Of a stretch of DNA of 64,000 nucleotides, positions 51,696-63,830 are shown in pieces. The translations under genes were made by a program, and so were the position numbers. The notes under the pieces are model-generated. The model saw only the letters and a list, made by a program, of their open reading frames with translations, did no database searches and was not told the DNA's origin. The stretch spans positions 124,001 through 188,000 of the forward strand of contig NC_043017.1 of assembly GCF_006345805.1 (NCBI RefSeq), in the 5' to 3' direction. The stretch comes from Octopus sinensis (taxonomy: Eukaryota). How positions within the stretch are numbered: position 1 is the stretch's first letter; the number at the start of each line of letters is the position of its first letter.

Positions 51696-52762
51696 AGGTG
51701 TGGCTGTGTGGTAAGAAGCTTGCATTCCAACCATATGGTTCTGGGTTTAGTCCCACTGTATGGAACCTTAGGCAGGTGTCTTGGGCCAACCAAACCAAGT
51801 GAGTGGATTTGGTAGACAGAAACTGAAAGAAGCCCATCGTATATGACTTACTTATCCTGGAATCAAATCACACACAAGTGTGATCATTGTTTCATGGGAC
51901 ACTTAAGCAACATTTAGCTACCTTGTAATTATTCCCTTGGGTCTTTCTTATAAATTTTACACTCAGATACATACAAACAAACATACATATATATATATAG
52001 TCCAACCCATGCTAGCATGGAAAACGGACGTTAAACAATGATGATGATGATATATTTGTGTGCGTGTGTGTGTCCGTGTTTGTCCCCCTGCCATCACTTG
52101 ACAATCGATGCTGGTGTGTTTATGTCCCTGTAACTTAGCAGTTCAACAAAAGAGCCTGATAGAATAAGTGCTGGGGTTGATTTCTTTGACTAAAACTTTT
52201 TAAGGCAATGATCCAGCATGGCTGCAGTCAAATGACTGAAACAAATAAAAGAATAAAAGAATGTGTGTGTGTGTGTCTTTCTGTAAGTGTTGGTGTGTTT
52301 TCATCTCTGTGACTTAGTGATTCAGCAAAAGAGACCAACAGAATCAGTACCAGGCTTACAAAAATAAATAAAATAAAAATGTACTGGGCTCAATTTGTTT
52401 GACTACAGTTCTTCAAAGTGGTGCTCCAGTATGGCCCCTATCTAATGATTGAAACAAGTTCCTGTCGCCAATCTTTACTTGTTTCCTATGCCCAGACATG
52501 TTTTTCACAGAAGACTGGAAACAAGTGGCACACTATTTACAACCTTCATGTGATGTTGAGACAAGGACACACACACACACACTTCACAGATGATACCCAG
52601 AGTTTCTCCATATAAAAGATACCTTGTAGTGCTCAAAAGATTCAAACTTAGACTGATGTCTTTACAAGCGATCATTCCACAAGATAAAGAAAGGCTATGA
52701 GTTGAGCAGGCATAGAGGCAATTATGTAGATAATTGAACACACACATACATGTGTGTGTGTG

Positions 52763-52833
<71 letters not shown>

Positions 52834-54754
52834 ATATATATATGTATGTATCAGTTTCCATCAATTAACTCTGCTCAAGAGGCTTTGGTTAGCCAAGGGC
52901 TATAGTGAAAGATACTTGCCTTGGGTGCTGCAAAGGAGGACTGAACCCGAGACCACATGGTTGGGACGCAAGCTTCTCAGCTGCACAGCCATGCCTGCAC
53001 CTATTGTTTGTCATGATAGATCATGTATCTGCACCTGAGAGGTTCTCAAGGACCAGGGCCTGAGTAAGGTTTCTGTTTGTTTAACTCAGTGAATTGTGTC
53101 TTTGTCAAACTGGATGATCATATCTGGAACACTTTTGATTATTGATCTGTTGGATCTGGCCTGAACTAGGATTCATCATCATCATCATCATCATAATAAT
53201 AATAATAATCATCGTCATCACCACCACTGCCACACTATCACCACCAACATCACTATTACTGAGGGATCTTCTACATGGCCACACGATCTGCAAGAAATAG
53301 TAACCAAATCTCTCACTTCTTGAAAAAATACTTGAAGGATACATTAGATAATGTAGTCTAAGTTACACCCCCCCCCCAAAAAAAAGCTATGATGATCAGA
53401 GCTTGATTATTTTTGATCATAAGAACTGTTGATCAACAGTAACCTGGGGTTAAATGACAATGCCATTAAAACCACCACCACTGCCACCACCACCAACAAC
53501 AAAGAAGCCTGTACTTTGTCATTGATTGCACTAGAAATAACAAATTTTCCTCAATCCAATGTACACACCCTCTACTGTCTTAAATATAGAAAACTAGGAA
53601 GGACACATTGGATAGTGTAGTCCAGGCTACACAATGCCTAGAAGACAATAAAAAAAAATAACCAACCAGATGAACAAAACACTGACCTGTGGCTAAACAA
53701 CAACACCTGAAACAAGACCATTCTTCTTCCTAAGACCATCACTGCCACGACCACCACCAGTAATATTGACCACAATGTCATACCACAATGGTGTACCTTA
53801 TTATTGATGTATTTCAACATCAAAATTATTGATGTATTGGTATTTTTTTTACATCCCAGCCACCACCCCACTCCCAATCACCTCCACCCTGTGAAGATTG
53901 TTTTTTTGTGCTTTTTGATCACTTGCAGTTTCCAATGTAATAATAATTCAGGGCCAATCACATCCAAAATATCACCTACCATCACCGATCAGTGATCAAT
54001 ATATTCATAAAGTCTGTGTGGGAGGGTGTATGTATATGTATTGTGTGAGTGTGTGTATATGTGTGGTGAACACATGCTCTGTGTGTGCGTGGATGTATAT
54101 GTTGTGTGTGTGTATGTGTGGTGTTTGTGTGTATGTGATTATGTTCTCTACGTGGTGTGTGTATGTATGGTGTGCAGGTGCATTTGTTATGCATGTATGC
54201 GTGTGTGTGGCGTTTGTGTATATGTTTGTGTGTATCTGAATATGTGCTCTATTTGATGTGTATCTGTGCATGGGTGTATATGTTGTGTTGTGTGTGAGTG
54301 TATGTTTGGTGTGCATTAATTATGCATGTATATATGTGATGTGTGTGTGTATGTCCCTTTCTTTCCAAATCACACTTGTCAATATGGACTTTAATCTTCT
54401 CCCTCCCCCTTTCATTGTTTTTCTTTCCTGTTTTTTTCCTTTTTAGAAAACACAAACAAAACAATTTCTGATTTTTGGCTTTGTCTATAGATTCATGTAT
54501 TTATTATTGTTATTCTTGTTGTTATTGTTTTATAGGGAGAAGGAGAAACTTAATTATCAAAGAATCCCTCTTTTTGATTACACATGCATATATGTGTACT
54601 TACATTTGTATATGCATATGTCTGTGAATATATATATATACACATACACACTCAAATTTATATAGATAAATACTTGCACACACACAAACATTATATAAAT
54701 ATACATTAACATATATATGCATATATGAATATATATATGTGTGTGTGTATATAT

Positions 54755-54799
<45 letters not shown>

Positions 54800-55004
54800 A
54801 AAGTCTGTTACACATTCCATTTCCTATTTTATTAGTACTGTTACCCCAACTGCCACTACGAAGTTCCTGCAATAAATCTCTGAATAACAACAGGTGATCG
54901 AAACTGTCGGTGCTTTACTCATCATCATCCATTTTGTACAATTTCCCCATTGTGTATATATATATAATCATATATCAGAAAGCAGGGGTTAAGTGACCCA
55001 TCCG

Positions 55005-55716
55005 TTTGTGTCCGCTGGCAGCCTCGTCTGGCACCCGTGCCGGTGATACATAAAAGCACCATTCGCTCGTGGCCATTTGCCAGCTCTGCCTGGCCCCCAT
55101 GTCGGTGGCACGTAAAAGCACCGTCCGTTCGTGGCCGTTTGCCAGCTCTGTCTGGCCCCGTGTCGGTGGCACGTAAAAGCATCATCCATTCGTGTCCGTT
55201 GCCAGCATCACCTGGCCCCGTGCCGGTGACACGTAAAAGCACCATCCGTTCGTGGCCATTTGCCAGCTCTGCCTGGCCCCCATGTCGGTGGCACGTAAAA
55301 GCACCATCCGTTCATGTCCGTTGCCAGCCTCGGCTGGCCCCCGTGCCGGTGACACGTAAAAGCACCGTCCGTTCGTGGCCGTTTGCCAGCTCTGTCTGGC
55401 CCCGTGTCGGTGGCACGTAAAAGCATCATCCATTCGTGTCCGTTGCCAGCATCACCTGGCCCCGTGCCGGTGACACGTAAAAGCACCATCCGTTCGTGGC
55501 CGTTCGCCAGCTCTGTCTGGCACCTGTGCAGGTGGCACATAAAAAACACCCACTACACTCGCGGAGTGGTTGGCGTTAGGAAGGGCATCCAGCCGTAGAA
55601 ACACTGCCAGATCTGACTGGGCCTGACGAAGCCTTCCAGCTTCACAGACCCCAGTTGACCCGTCCAACCCATGCTAGCATGGAAAGCGGACGCTAAATGA
55701 TGATGATGATGATGAT
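55005..55716 (+). mobile_element. RTE 3'UTR with about 9 tandem 60-62-bp units and (GAT)n tail
   Basis: taaaa anchors at 55051, 55113, 55174, 55234, 55296, 55357, 55418, 55478 and 55540; standard RTE terminus. Confidence 0.88.
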
Positions 55717-55729
55717 ATATATATATATC

Positions 55730-55753
55730 ACCTGGTTGATCCTGCCAGTAGTC
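55730..55753 (+). rRNA. 24-nt fragment identical to the universal 5' terminus of eukaryotic 18S rRNA (not a gene)
   Basis: acctggttgatcctgccagtagtc; the match stops where 18S continues atatgc. Confidence 0.85.
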
Positions 55754-56033
55754 TTGAGCATGGTCATTGCTAGTGCTGCCGGACTGGCTCCCATGCAGGT
55801 AGCACGTAAAAACACCTTTGAGCATGGTCGTTACTAGAACCGCCTGACTGGCCCACATGCCGGTGGCACGTAAAAAAAGCACCCACTACACTCTTGGAGT
55901 GGTTGGCATTAGGAAGGGCATCCAGCTGTAGAAACTTCACCAGATTAGATTGAGCCTGGTGCAGCCTTCTGGCTCACCAGTCCTCAATCAAACCCTCCAA
56001 CCCATGGAAAGCAGACGTTAAATGATGATGAGG
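55754..56033 (+). mobile_element. 5'-truncated RTE 3'UTR copy
   Basis: Two diverged ~60-bp units, then aggaagggcatccagctgtagaaac...gacgttaaatgatgatg. Confidence 0.8.
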
Positions 56034-56099
56034 ATATATATATAACCCTTGATTCAATAACACTGAGTATAAACTCAATACTTGAAATGACTAATTTTA

Positions 56100-56395
56100 A
56101 ATTCTATTGGATTTCACTCATAAGGTATTGGAATATTATATGTATACCATTCTGCCTAAAAAAAGAGATCTACAAATGCAATATCCCTACATATTTCACA
56201 TCTATTTTCTTTTATTTTCTCCACCTCTTTCTCTATTTTATATCTTATCTAAATTGACTATTTAACCATCTTCTCACAACGTCTCCGATGAAGGGATATA
56301 ATAAATATCCTGGAAACAACTGTAAGACCTTCTATCTATAAATGTTCTAAAATCTACACAGCCTTGGTTTTTTATCTCATTACAAAATAAAAAAG
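56100..56395 (+). mobile_element. Penelope-like pseudo-LTR segment
   Basis: Homologous to 10886-11097 and to the reverse complement of 8985-9060; carries the hammerhead motif. Confidence 0.55.
56281..56328 (+). ncRNA. Putative minimal type I hammerhead ribozyme
   Basis: Stem I gtct/agac; core CCGATGA; stem II ggatat-aataa-atatcc; GAAA; stem III AC-aact-GT; predicted cleavage after GUA (56324). Confidence 0.6.
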
Positions 56396-56478
56396 ATTAT
56401 ATATATATATATATATATCTATATATATGGCTGCAATTCAATTTCGAGCAATGACATCACTTGACTGTTCCTTTACAG

Positions 56479-56544
56479 CAAGCCAGGGTTTTTCAGCCCT
56501 GCTATGGACCTACAGTCTTTGGCACAAATGGGCAAAATCTTACA
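56479..56544 (+). other. Candidate 66-nt internal exon
   Basis: Acceptor ttgactgttcctttacag and donor ACA|GTAAGT; open in all three frames; product not recognised. Confidence 0.25.
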
Positions 56545-57189
56545 GTAAGTGTTCAGAGAAATTACCTCCCATTGTAGCACATGCCTTGATTCCGTCATGG
56601 AATTTTCCATTGGGTGGTTTGCTATTCTTAACTATAGCCAGCCATAGTATGCAAAACATAATAAAAATGTTAAAGAATCAAGAGATATCTGTGCCTGAAG
56701 CTTTTTAAAGTGAAGAAAGGCCTTGCATAAGGCCAATCCCTCTCTCTAGACAAGATATAGATTTGTCCAAAAAGAACTTGTCTGTGTCATTGGAGCAAAT
56801 GAAATTACAGGTGTTACATCAAAGTTTTCTTTCTCCTACAGAGGTGTCTAAACAAAAACTAGGGGTCTGTCTGTCTGTCTTACGTCCATAGATGGCATAA
56901 TCTCTACAGATGGATGTCCTTCCCAGCACTAACCACCTTGCAAATTCAACTGGGTGCTTTTTTGTGACACCAGCACTAGATAGCCCTTGACTAAGTAAGG
57001 ATATAGCAGAGAGAGAGAGAGAGAGAGAGGCATGTTTATGCTGGGTGACGAATGGTTAAAGTATGAAAGTAGATACCAGAATCGGCTTCTTCTAGAGAAG
57101 ATCGTGACCACATGCATTGTACAAAAGTGGTGGGGGGAGTCATCAGTTGAAAGGGGGCAGGATAAACTACCTCCATCAACTTGCTATAA

Positions 57190-58003
57190 AAGCAGGTAGT
57201 AATTTTACCTTGTACTTATTCTTAGTGCGAGTTTTGAAGAATGCAGTTCGATTTTAGCTGTTATTTTTTCAAAGCTATAATGGATGTAACAAAGGAGCAT
57301 ATTCGGCATATTTTGCTTTATGAGTTCAATAAAAGCAACAACGCAATGGAAAGTACGAGGAATATTAATGCAGTATATGGGAATCGGTCAGTAAGAGTAA
57401 GCCAGTGTCAATGGTGGTTCCAGAAATTCCAAGTAGGAAACTACAGCCTAGAAGACGAACTTTGTCCTGGAAGATCTGAAGAGCTCAACAAGGATGTCCT
57501 GCAAACCCTACTGGAACAAAATCCCATCATAACTGTTGAGGAACTAACAGAGAAGCTTGGATTTTGTCATTCAACCATTCATCAACACCTACAGGCCATC
57601 AAAAAATGACCATCTTTGGTTTCAAGATGAAAGGTGTTCTTCCATCAGGATAATGCTCGGCCACATGCAGTGAGGAGAACATTCCAAAGGCTGAAATAGT
57701 TTGAATGGGAAATGATATCCCACCCAGCGTATTTGCTGGACATTGCCCCATCTGATTATCATTTATTCCGCAGTCTTCAAAATATTTGGATGGAAAAGAT
57801 ATGAATCCTGTAGATGAGGTCAATAGTACTAGAAGAGTAATTTTCATCACAGACGAGTGAATTTTGGAAGATGGGCCTTGCAAGTCTACCAGACAGACGG
57901 AGGAGCATTGTAGTAAATGAAGATTAAAAAAGAACTTTGTTTATCTTAATTTTGAAAAGTAAAAGAAGTATAAAAAATGCATTATTTATGGGATGACCCA
58001 AAT
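57190..58003 (+). mobile_element. mariner transposon relic (internally deleted, with stops)
   Basis: N-terminal HTH MDVTKEHIRHILLYEF...QWWFQKF...LEDE..PGR; QDNARPH; HPAYLLDIAPSDYHLFRSL; right TIR gcattatttatgggatgacccaaat. Confidence 0.88.
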
Positions 58004-58036
58004 GTATGGATTCCCTACCTTATGTATGTATGTATG

Positions 58037-58070
<34 letters not shown>

Positions 58071-58490
58071 TTTACTCCCATAGTCTCTACATATGGAGCT
58101 AAATTCTTTACAATGTGTTTGTATACGTGAAGCCAGCATCTGCACACCAAGCTTATATATATCTAAATAATATAATAATGTGTATACACACACACACATA
58201 TATAGTGATGGCATGTTGTCAACTTAATGTGGTAGTCCCAGTAAAGGAAGAATGCTACTGTTATTTAGCCCCAGGAAACACTGTTTCTCGTTGGCCATGT
58301 AACACAAGCGTACTGTGCCCTTTTGTTTTTAAGCAGGGGAGATAAGCACCTCACATACATACATATACATATCTATGTATGTATGTATTTATAATCCCCA
58401 ACCAGGTACACACAACAAATATCTAGACTATGCATCAATATGTTTACCTAACATATTCACACTGGTCCTACATATCAAGTATGCATCTAT

Positions 58491-58525
<35 letters not shown>

Positions 58526-58646
58526 GTGTGTGTGTGTGTGTCTATTATATCAAGTCAAAGCTGACACTGCAGTATGATGCAGTCCTCTGACGATCAAGCC
58601 ATACCTGTCAAATGCTAAAAGATGAGGATGATAAATATGTATGTAA

Positions 58647-58792
58647 GCGCAGGAATGGCTGTGTGGTAAGTAGCTTGATTCTAGGTTCAGTTCCACTGTG
58701 TGGCACCTTGGGCAAGTGTCTTCTACTATAGCTTTGGGCTGACCAAAGCCTTGTGAGTGGATTTGGTTGACGGAAACTGAAAGAAGCCTGTC

Positions 58793-58831
<39 letters not shown>

Positions 58832-59036
58832 GGTGTGTGTATGTATATATTTGTGCCCCAACATCGCTTGACAACCAATGCTGGTGTGTTTATGTCCCCG
58901 TCACTTAGTGGTTCAGCAAAAGAGACCGATAGAATAAGCAGTAGGCTTCCAAAGAATAAGTTCTGGGGTTGATTTGCTTGACTAAAGGCGATGCTACAGC
59001 AAGGCCGGAGTCAAATGACTGAAACAAATAAAAGAA
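58647..59036 (+). mobile_element. SINE family 1 copy
   Basis: Family blocks as above. Confidence 0.82.
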
Positions 59037-59224
59037 TATGTATATGAAATGCTGATCTCCCTTCTAACACCACCATGTGATTCACCTTGGCCAATAACAG
59101 CCCATTTTCCTGTGACCACCTTGTATTTTTCTGGTTGCTAATCTGAGCCTGGATGAGCTAGGTTTCTGTAAACTGATTTAAATGATTATAAGAATAATTT
59201 GTTTCTTAGTCTCTTGACCATAAC

Positions 59225-59625
59225 TACATGAGCATGTCCTTCTCTGACCATGAGCAGATGTTATGAGCATATGCATCTCTGATCATGAGCAGAAGTTATG
59301 GGTGGGGAACATCATAGCCATGTGTTGAGAGGAATTCCATGGGGTATGAATAATTCACTTCTGGAAACATGGGTGTTTTGTTCAACATCCTTAAACAACC
59401 CTTATTCAGGGACCTTTTGAGTGCGATGGGCTACTCGTGCTGGAGAAAATTCTGACTGGGTCCTGCCTGCAAAGTCATGAGCTCACCACATCGTGTACAT
59501 ATGGTTGTAATGCATGTGCCTTGTGTACCCTTATCAGATGGGTAGTCATGATGGGTATATTGGGCTTCATATAATAGTACCGCAGTGTCCCATTGATAGC
59601 ATGTGGTGCTCTCTCACTTAATAAC
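59225..59625 (+). mobile_element. Interspersed repeat ending gctctctcactYaataa, possibly a LINE 3'UTR
   Basis: Shares segments with 360-430 (gcatctctgatcatgagcagaa) and 35540-35655 (gtacccttatca...gtcatgatgg...ctctctcact). Confidence 0.45.
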
Positions 59626-59915
59626 ATACATACATACATATAAGAAAAAAGGGACTAATCAATAAATAATTATATCTATTAATTGCAAAAATGGACATAA
59701 TCTCTGACAGCTGCTTTATTTCAGACTTTGTGGTGCACCTGAGCACTGTATACAATAATTTCATTATTATTATTAATTAAAACATTTAAATCATTATAAA
59801 GTAGAATCTCTTCAGAGGCAGAAAAAATGATATACCATTAGATGTTTTATGTGTACGGAACAGTTCAGCTAACTGAGCCTTGTTTTAGGGACAAATTAGG
59901 TATAGACCTTATAAA

Positions 59916-59917
<2 letters not shown>

Positions 59918-59968
<51 letters not shown>

Positions 59969-59986
59969 TGTGTGTGCGTGTGTGTG

Positions 59987-60050
<64 letters not shown>
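59918..60050. repeat. Compound (AG)n(TG)n microsatellite
   Basis: Direct inspection. Confidence 0.95.
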
Positions 60051-60052
<2 letters not shown>

Positions 60053-60115
60053 CTGTCTGGCATTTGCCATGATAGATCATTAGCCACTACACATTCTTTA
60101 TTTTCTCACCTTGTA

Positions 60116-60153
60116 TCTTTCTGTGGAAGAGCATAGACCCGAAGCGTTAAAGA
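60116..60153 (+). ncRNA. Degenerate minimal hammerhead-like motif in a different repeat context
   Basis: Stem I tcttt/aaaga; core CTGTGGA (consensus CUGANGA); GAAGC-GTT (consensus GAAAC-GTT). Confidence 0.35.
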
Positions 60154-62419
60154 CTTTTTCACTTCCTGAGCATAATACTAATAGATCTGTTTGTTGTCTA
60201 CACCACCTGTCTTCGTCTTTTTGTGAATTCTTCCCCTGTGTGTGTGTATGTATATATATATATGCATACATACACAAAGTTTCATGTTAAACTGAAGCAT
60301 CACTCAATACTTTTTAGTAGAGTACATATTTCTTAAACTTTTACAAGAGATGATACCCACCCAGCCACATACAGACACACGTTTCTCAATTCTGTCCAAA
60401 ACATTGGATACTCCCCATCACCACCACACAGCCCAGAGGCGATTTCACCAAACTATTTCTGTTACTTTTTTTCAAAATAAATACAAGTCTTAATGATGCA
60501 GACTACTGTCAGTCTCTCCAGATTCTCTTTTATCTTATACACACACACAGACACTCTTTCTCTCTCTCTCTCTCTCTCACACACACAGATCGTATATGCA
60601 TATATGTGTGTATTTGTGTTGGTGCATTTCTACACTTTGATTCACTGTACTGTATTCATTTCCTCTATGCATGCATTCACTTTTCCATTTTATTTTACTC
60701 TATCTCACCTGTTGATATATATATATATATATACTGTATAATATATATATATATAATATATATATATATATATTTATATATATACATATATACTATATAA
60801 TGTATGTGTACATATATCTATCTATACACATACGCACACATATATGAAACAATAGTCATTTTATATTTATATACACATAACAGCAATAATCAGTACATAT
60901 AAGTAGACACACATACACACACACATATATACATACACATGTATATATATACACACACATGCACATATCAAATATTAAAATTCTTTACAGAGTGCCGATG
61001 GTTTCGAGTTGCCACAATTCCTGATGGCATCTGCCTTAACATTGATTAACCCAATTTCTCCTCCTTCGTTAACCACACACACAATTCTGAAATTTTCTCC
61101 AAGCCTCCCCATTCTCTTTCTCTTTCTCTCAGTATGTCTCACACACACACACACACTCTCTCTCTCTCTCTCTGTCTTAGACTGCCAGGTAATGCTACAA
61201 GATTCTCTACACAATCTGCTGCAACATTTCTCCTGTCACAATTTCAGCATCTTGCTGCCTGTCTGTCGGCTTGCATCATCTGCAAGCACGATCTGTGAGG
61301 TGGTAATGGTGGTAGTGGTATTCATGGAGTTGGTTGTGGTGGCGATAGTGATAATTGTGGTGGTGCTGGTAGGGGATATGGCTGTGGTAGTGGTGTTGGT
61401 AGCGGCTGTGGCAGTCATCATAGTAGTAGTAGTGGTGGTGGTGACAATGGCAGTACCGGTGGTAGTTACAGTGGTGGAGGTTGTCGCCACAGCCAGTTCA
61501 ATACTGAATGAGGCTGTGACCTGATTTCATTCTCTGTCCCCCACCTGACACACCAACCATCCACCACCTCCCCAGTCTACCCAACTCCTCCACCCAGCTC
61601 TTTCAAACACCTACAATTCGACCCCCCTTTCCCTCTAGTCTTTTCCAGTCAGCTGATGCTATTGGCAAATGAATAAATAAATAGATTGATGAATTGAAAT
61701 ACAAAAATACAGCAAAAAGTCATGAATGACAAAATTTTCCAGTTCTTCTTCTGATGTCGTTTCATTTCCATAATTGTTACAACACCTTTCTCAGAGTCCT
61801 TAAGAAAGAATTATTATTATTATTATTATTATTATTATTGGTGTTGCTGCCACTGTTCCCGCCACCACCACCACCACCACCACCAACCATTAACACCATT
61901 ATAATCATTATCATTGTTGTCATTATCATCATCATCAACAGCATCATCATCAGTATCATTACCATAACATACTTTCAACATCACATATACCACCACTCTT
62001 GCCACTACCTCCATCACCACAACCCCTACTCCAACCACCACCATGACCATCATTATCATTAACATCATCAAAATCTTTATCACCACCACCACCACCTCTG
62101 CCACTAGCGTCATTATAATTCCCCCCCCTCCCCATGTATATATCCTAGTGTTTAAGAAATTGGACCCCAGACTGTCTCTGCTTGTGAAGGAGATGAAAAA
62201 AGGGATCGGCGCCAGTAGAATGAGCAGCTGGCAGTAAAAGCATTACCTGTCCCATCCACCCATGACATTATGGAAGACAGGACATAAAAATGCTGGTGAT
62301 GATGACAATAATAACGTTGAGAACGATGATGATTATGATGACGATAATGATGATAGTGATGATGATGGTGATGATGATGATGGCGGTGGTGATGGTAGTG
62401 GTTTCATAGATGATGATGA

Positions 62420-62640
62420 TGGCAGACATGTTAGCATGCCGGGCAAAATGCTTAGCAGTATTTCGTCTGCCGTTATGTTCTGAGTTCAAATTCCACCGAG
62501 GTCGACTTTGCCTTTCATCCTTTCGGGGTCGATAAATTAAGTACCAGTCATGCACTGGGGTCGATATAATTGACTTAATCCCTTTGTCTGTCCTTGTTTG
62601 TCCCCTTTTTGTTTAGCTCCCTGTGGGCAATAAAGAAATA
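62420..62640 (+). mobile_element. SINE family 2, Tx1-like-tail subfamily
   Basis: ggcagacatgttagcatgccggg...gagttcaaattccaccgagg...ctgtgggcaataaagaaata. Confidence 0.85.
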
Positions 62641-62749
62641 ATATGATGTTGATGTGATGATGATAATGAAGGTGATGATGGTGATAGAACAATGATGCTG
62701 TTGCTGCTGATGGTGATTATATATATAAATAAATATATATATATATATA

Positions 62750-62779
<30 letters not shown>

Positions 62780-62780
<1 letters not shown>

Positions 62781-63335
62781 CTTTGATACTTTGATACTTT
62801 GATAGGTTTCGACCATTATTGGCCCAGGCCATGTCTAATTTAATAGCACCACCAGGTGAAGTCTTTCAAGTCAGAATTTGGGCACTATGGCCCACTCAAG
62901 TAGAGAGTTATTGTTTACAGAGACATATCCGGGTGTAGGGGGTTTATCCGGGATTCCTTGAAGGAATCTGTCCAAAGACTTCTTGAACCCTATAGGGTCA
63001 GTTTCTGTTTTAATGTGTTTTGGTGTAATGTTAAAGAGAGCGGGGCCAATTGAGGTGAAATAATTGTGCCGTATTGTTGTTATGAGATGAGAGTGCGATT
63101 TTTGTTGTGGGTGGATGGCACAGGGCCCAAGCCTTGGATGTACCTTAAAGGTGATGCCAACATCATTTGGGCAATGCTGATGGAATATTTTCCACATCAT
63201 GCAGATGATGTAGCACTTACGGCGACGTTGGAGAGAATAAAGTTTTAGCTTTTCTAGTCGACCCCAATAGTCGAGGCCTGTCATGCCATCTATCTTTTTT
63301 GTGATTGGGTCTGTTTCGGGGATGAGTTTCACCAA
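62780..63335 (-). mobile_element. CR1-group LINE 3' fragment
   Basis: GLDYWGRLEKLKLYSLQRRR-CYIICMMWKI...PRLG...FKKSLDRFLQGIPDKP; (AGTATCAA)n tail at 62780-62803. Confidence 0.85.
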
Positions 63336-63344
63336 CATTTACAA

Positions 63345-63830
63345 CATCAACAACAGAGTGGAGGAGTCATGTTGTGGGCTGGTATCATTGGGGAAAGACT
63401 TGTTGGCCCAGTCAGGGTGCCCAAAGGGGTCAAAATGACTACAGCCACCTACTGTAATCTCCTGAAGGAGGTCTTGGATCCCTGGCTAGATGACATACTG
63501 CTGTCACTTCTCAGGAATCTCATATTCGTGCATGACAATGCACTCTCCCACTCTGCTAGGACCACCCAAACATTACTAAGGTCTTATGGCATACAAGGTG
63601 AAAGGTTGATGGTGTGGCTGCCAGCATCTCCAACACTGTTGAAGTCTTTGGTCCATCATCAAACAAAATGTTTATGCCAATGAACACCGATTTACATTGA
63701 AAGATGTCTTTTGGGTAACCATCAAAGCTGCAGCAGAGGCAGTCCAACCTGCTACTATTAAGAAATTGACAAATTGAAGTTATCCGTCGAAATGGCACTC
63801 ATGTAGCTAAATCATTCATTATGTCAATAA
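63345..63830 (+). mobile_element. Tc1-like transposase fragment
   Basis: GGVMLWAGIIG...LIFVHDNALSHSARTT...WLPASP, then frameshifted. Confidence 0.8.

Noticed and set aside
55730-55900. 18S rRNA gene
   Set aside because: Identity ends after 24 nt and the downstream sequence is RTE 3'UTR. Kept only as a chimera finding.
61180-61205. Possible 8-nt microexon (ttag|actgccag|gtaatg) after (CT)n
   Set aside because: The pyrimidine tract is simply a microsatellite, the length is not frame-preserving, and there is no other support.
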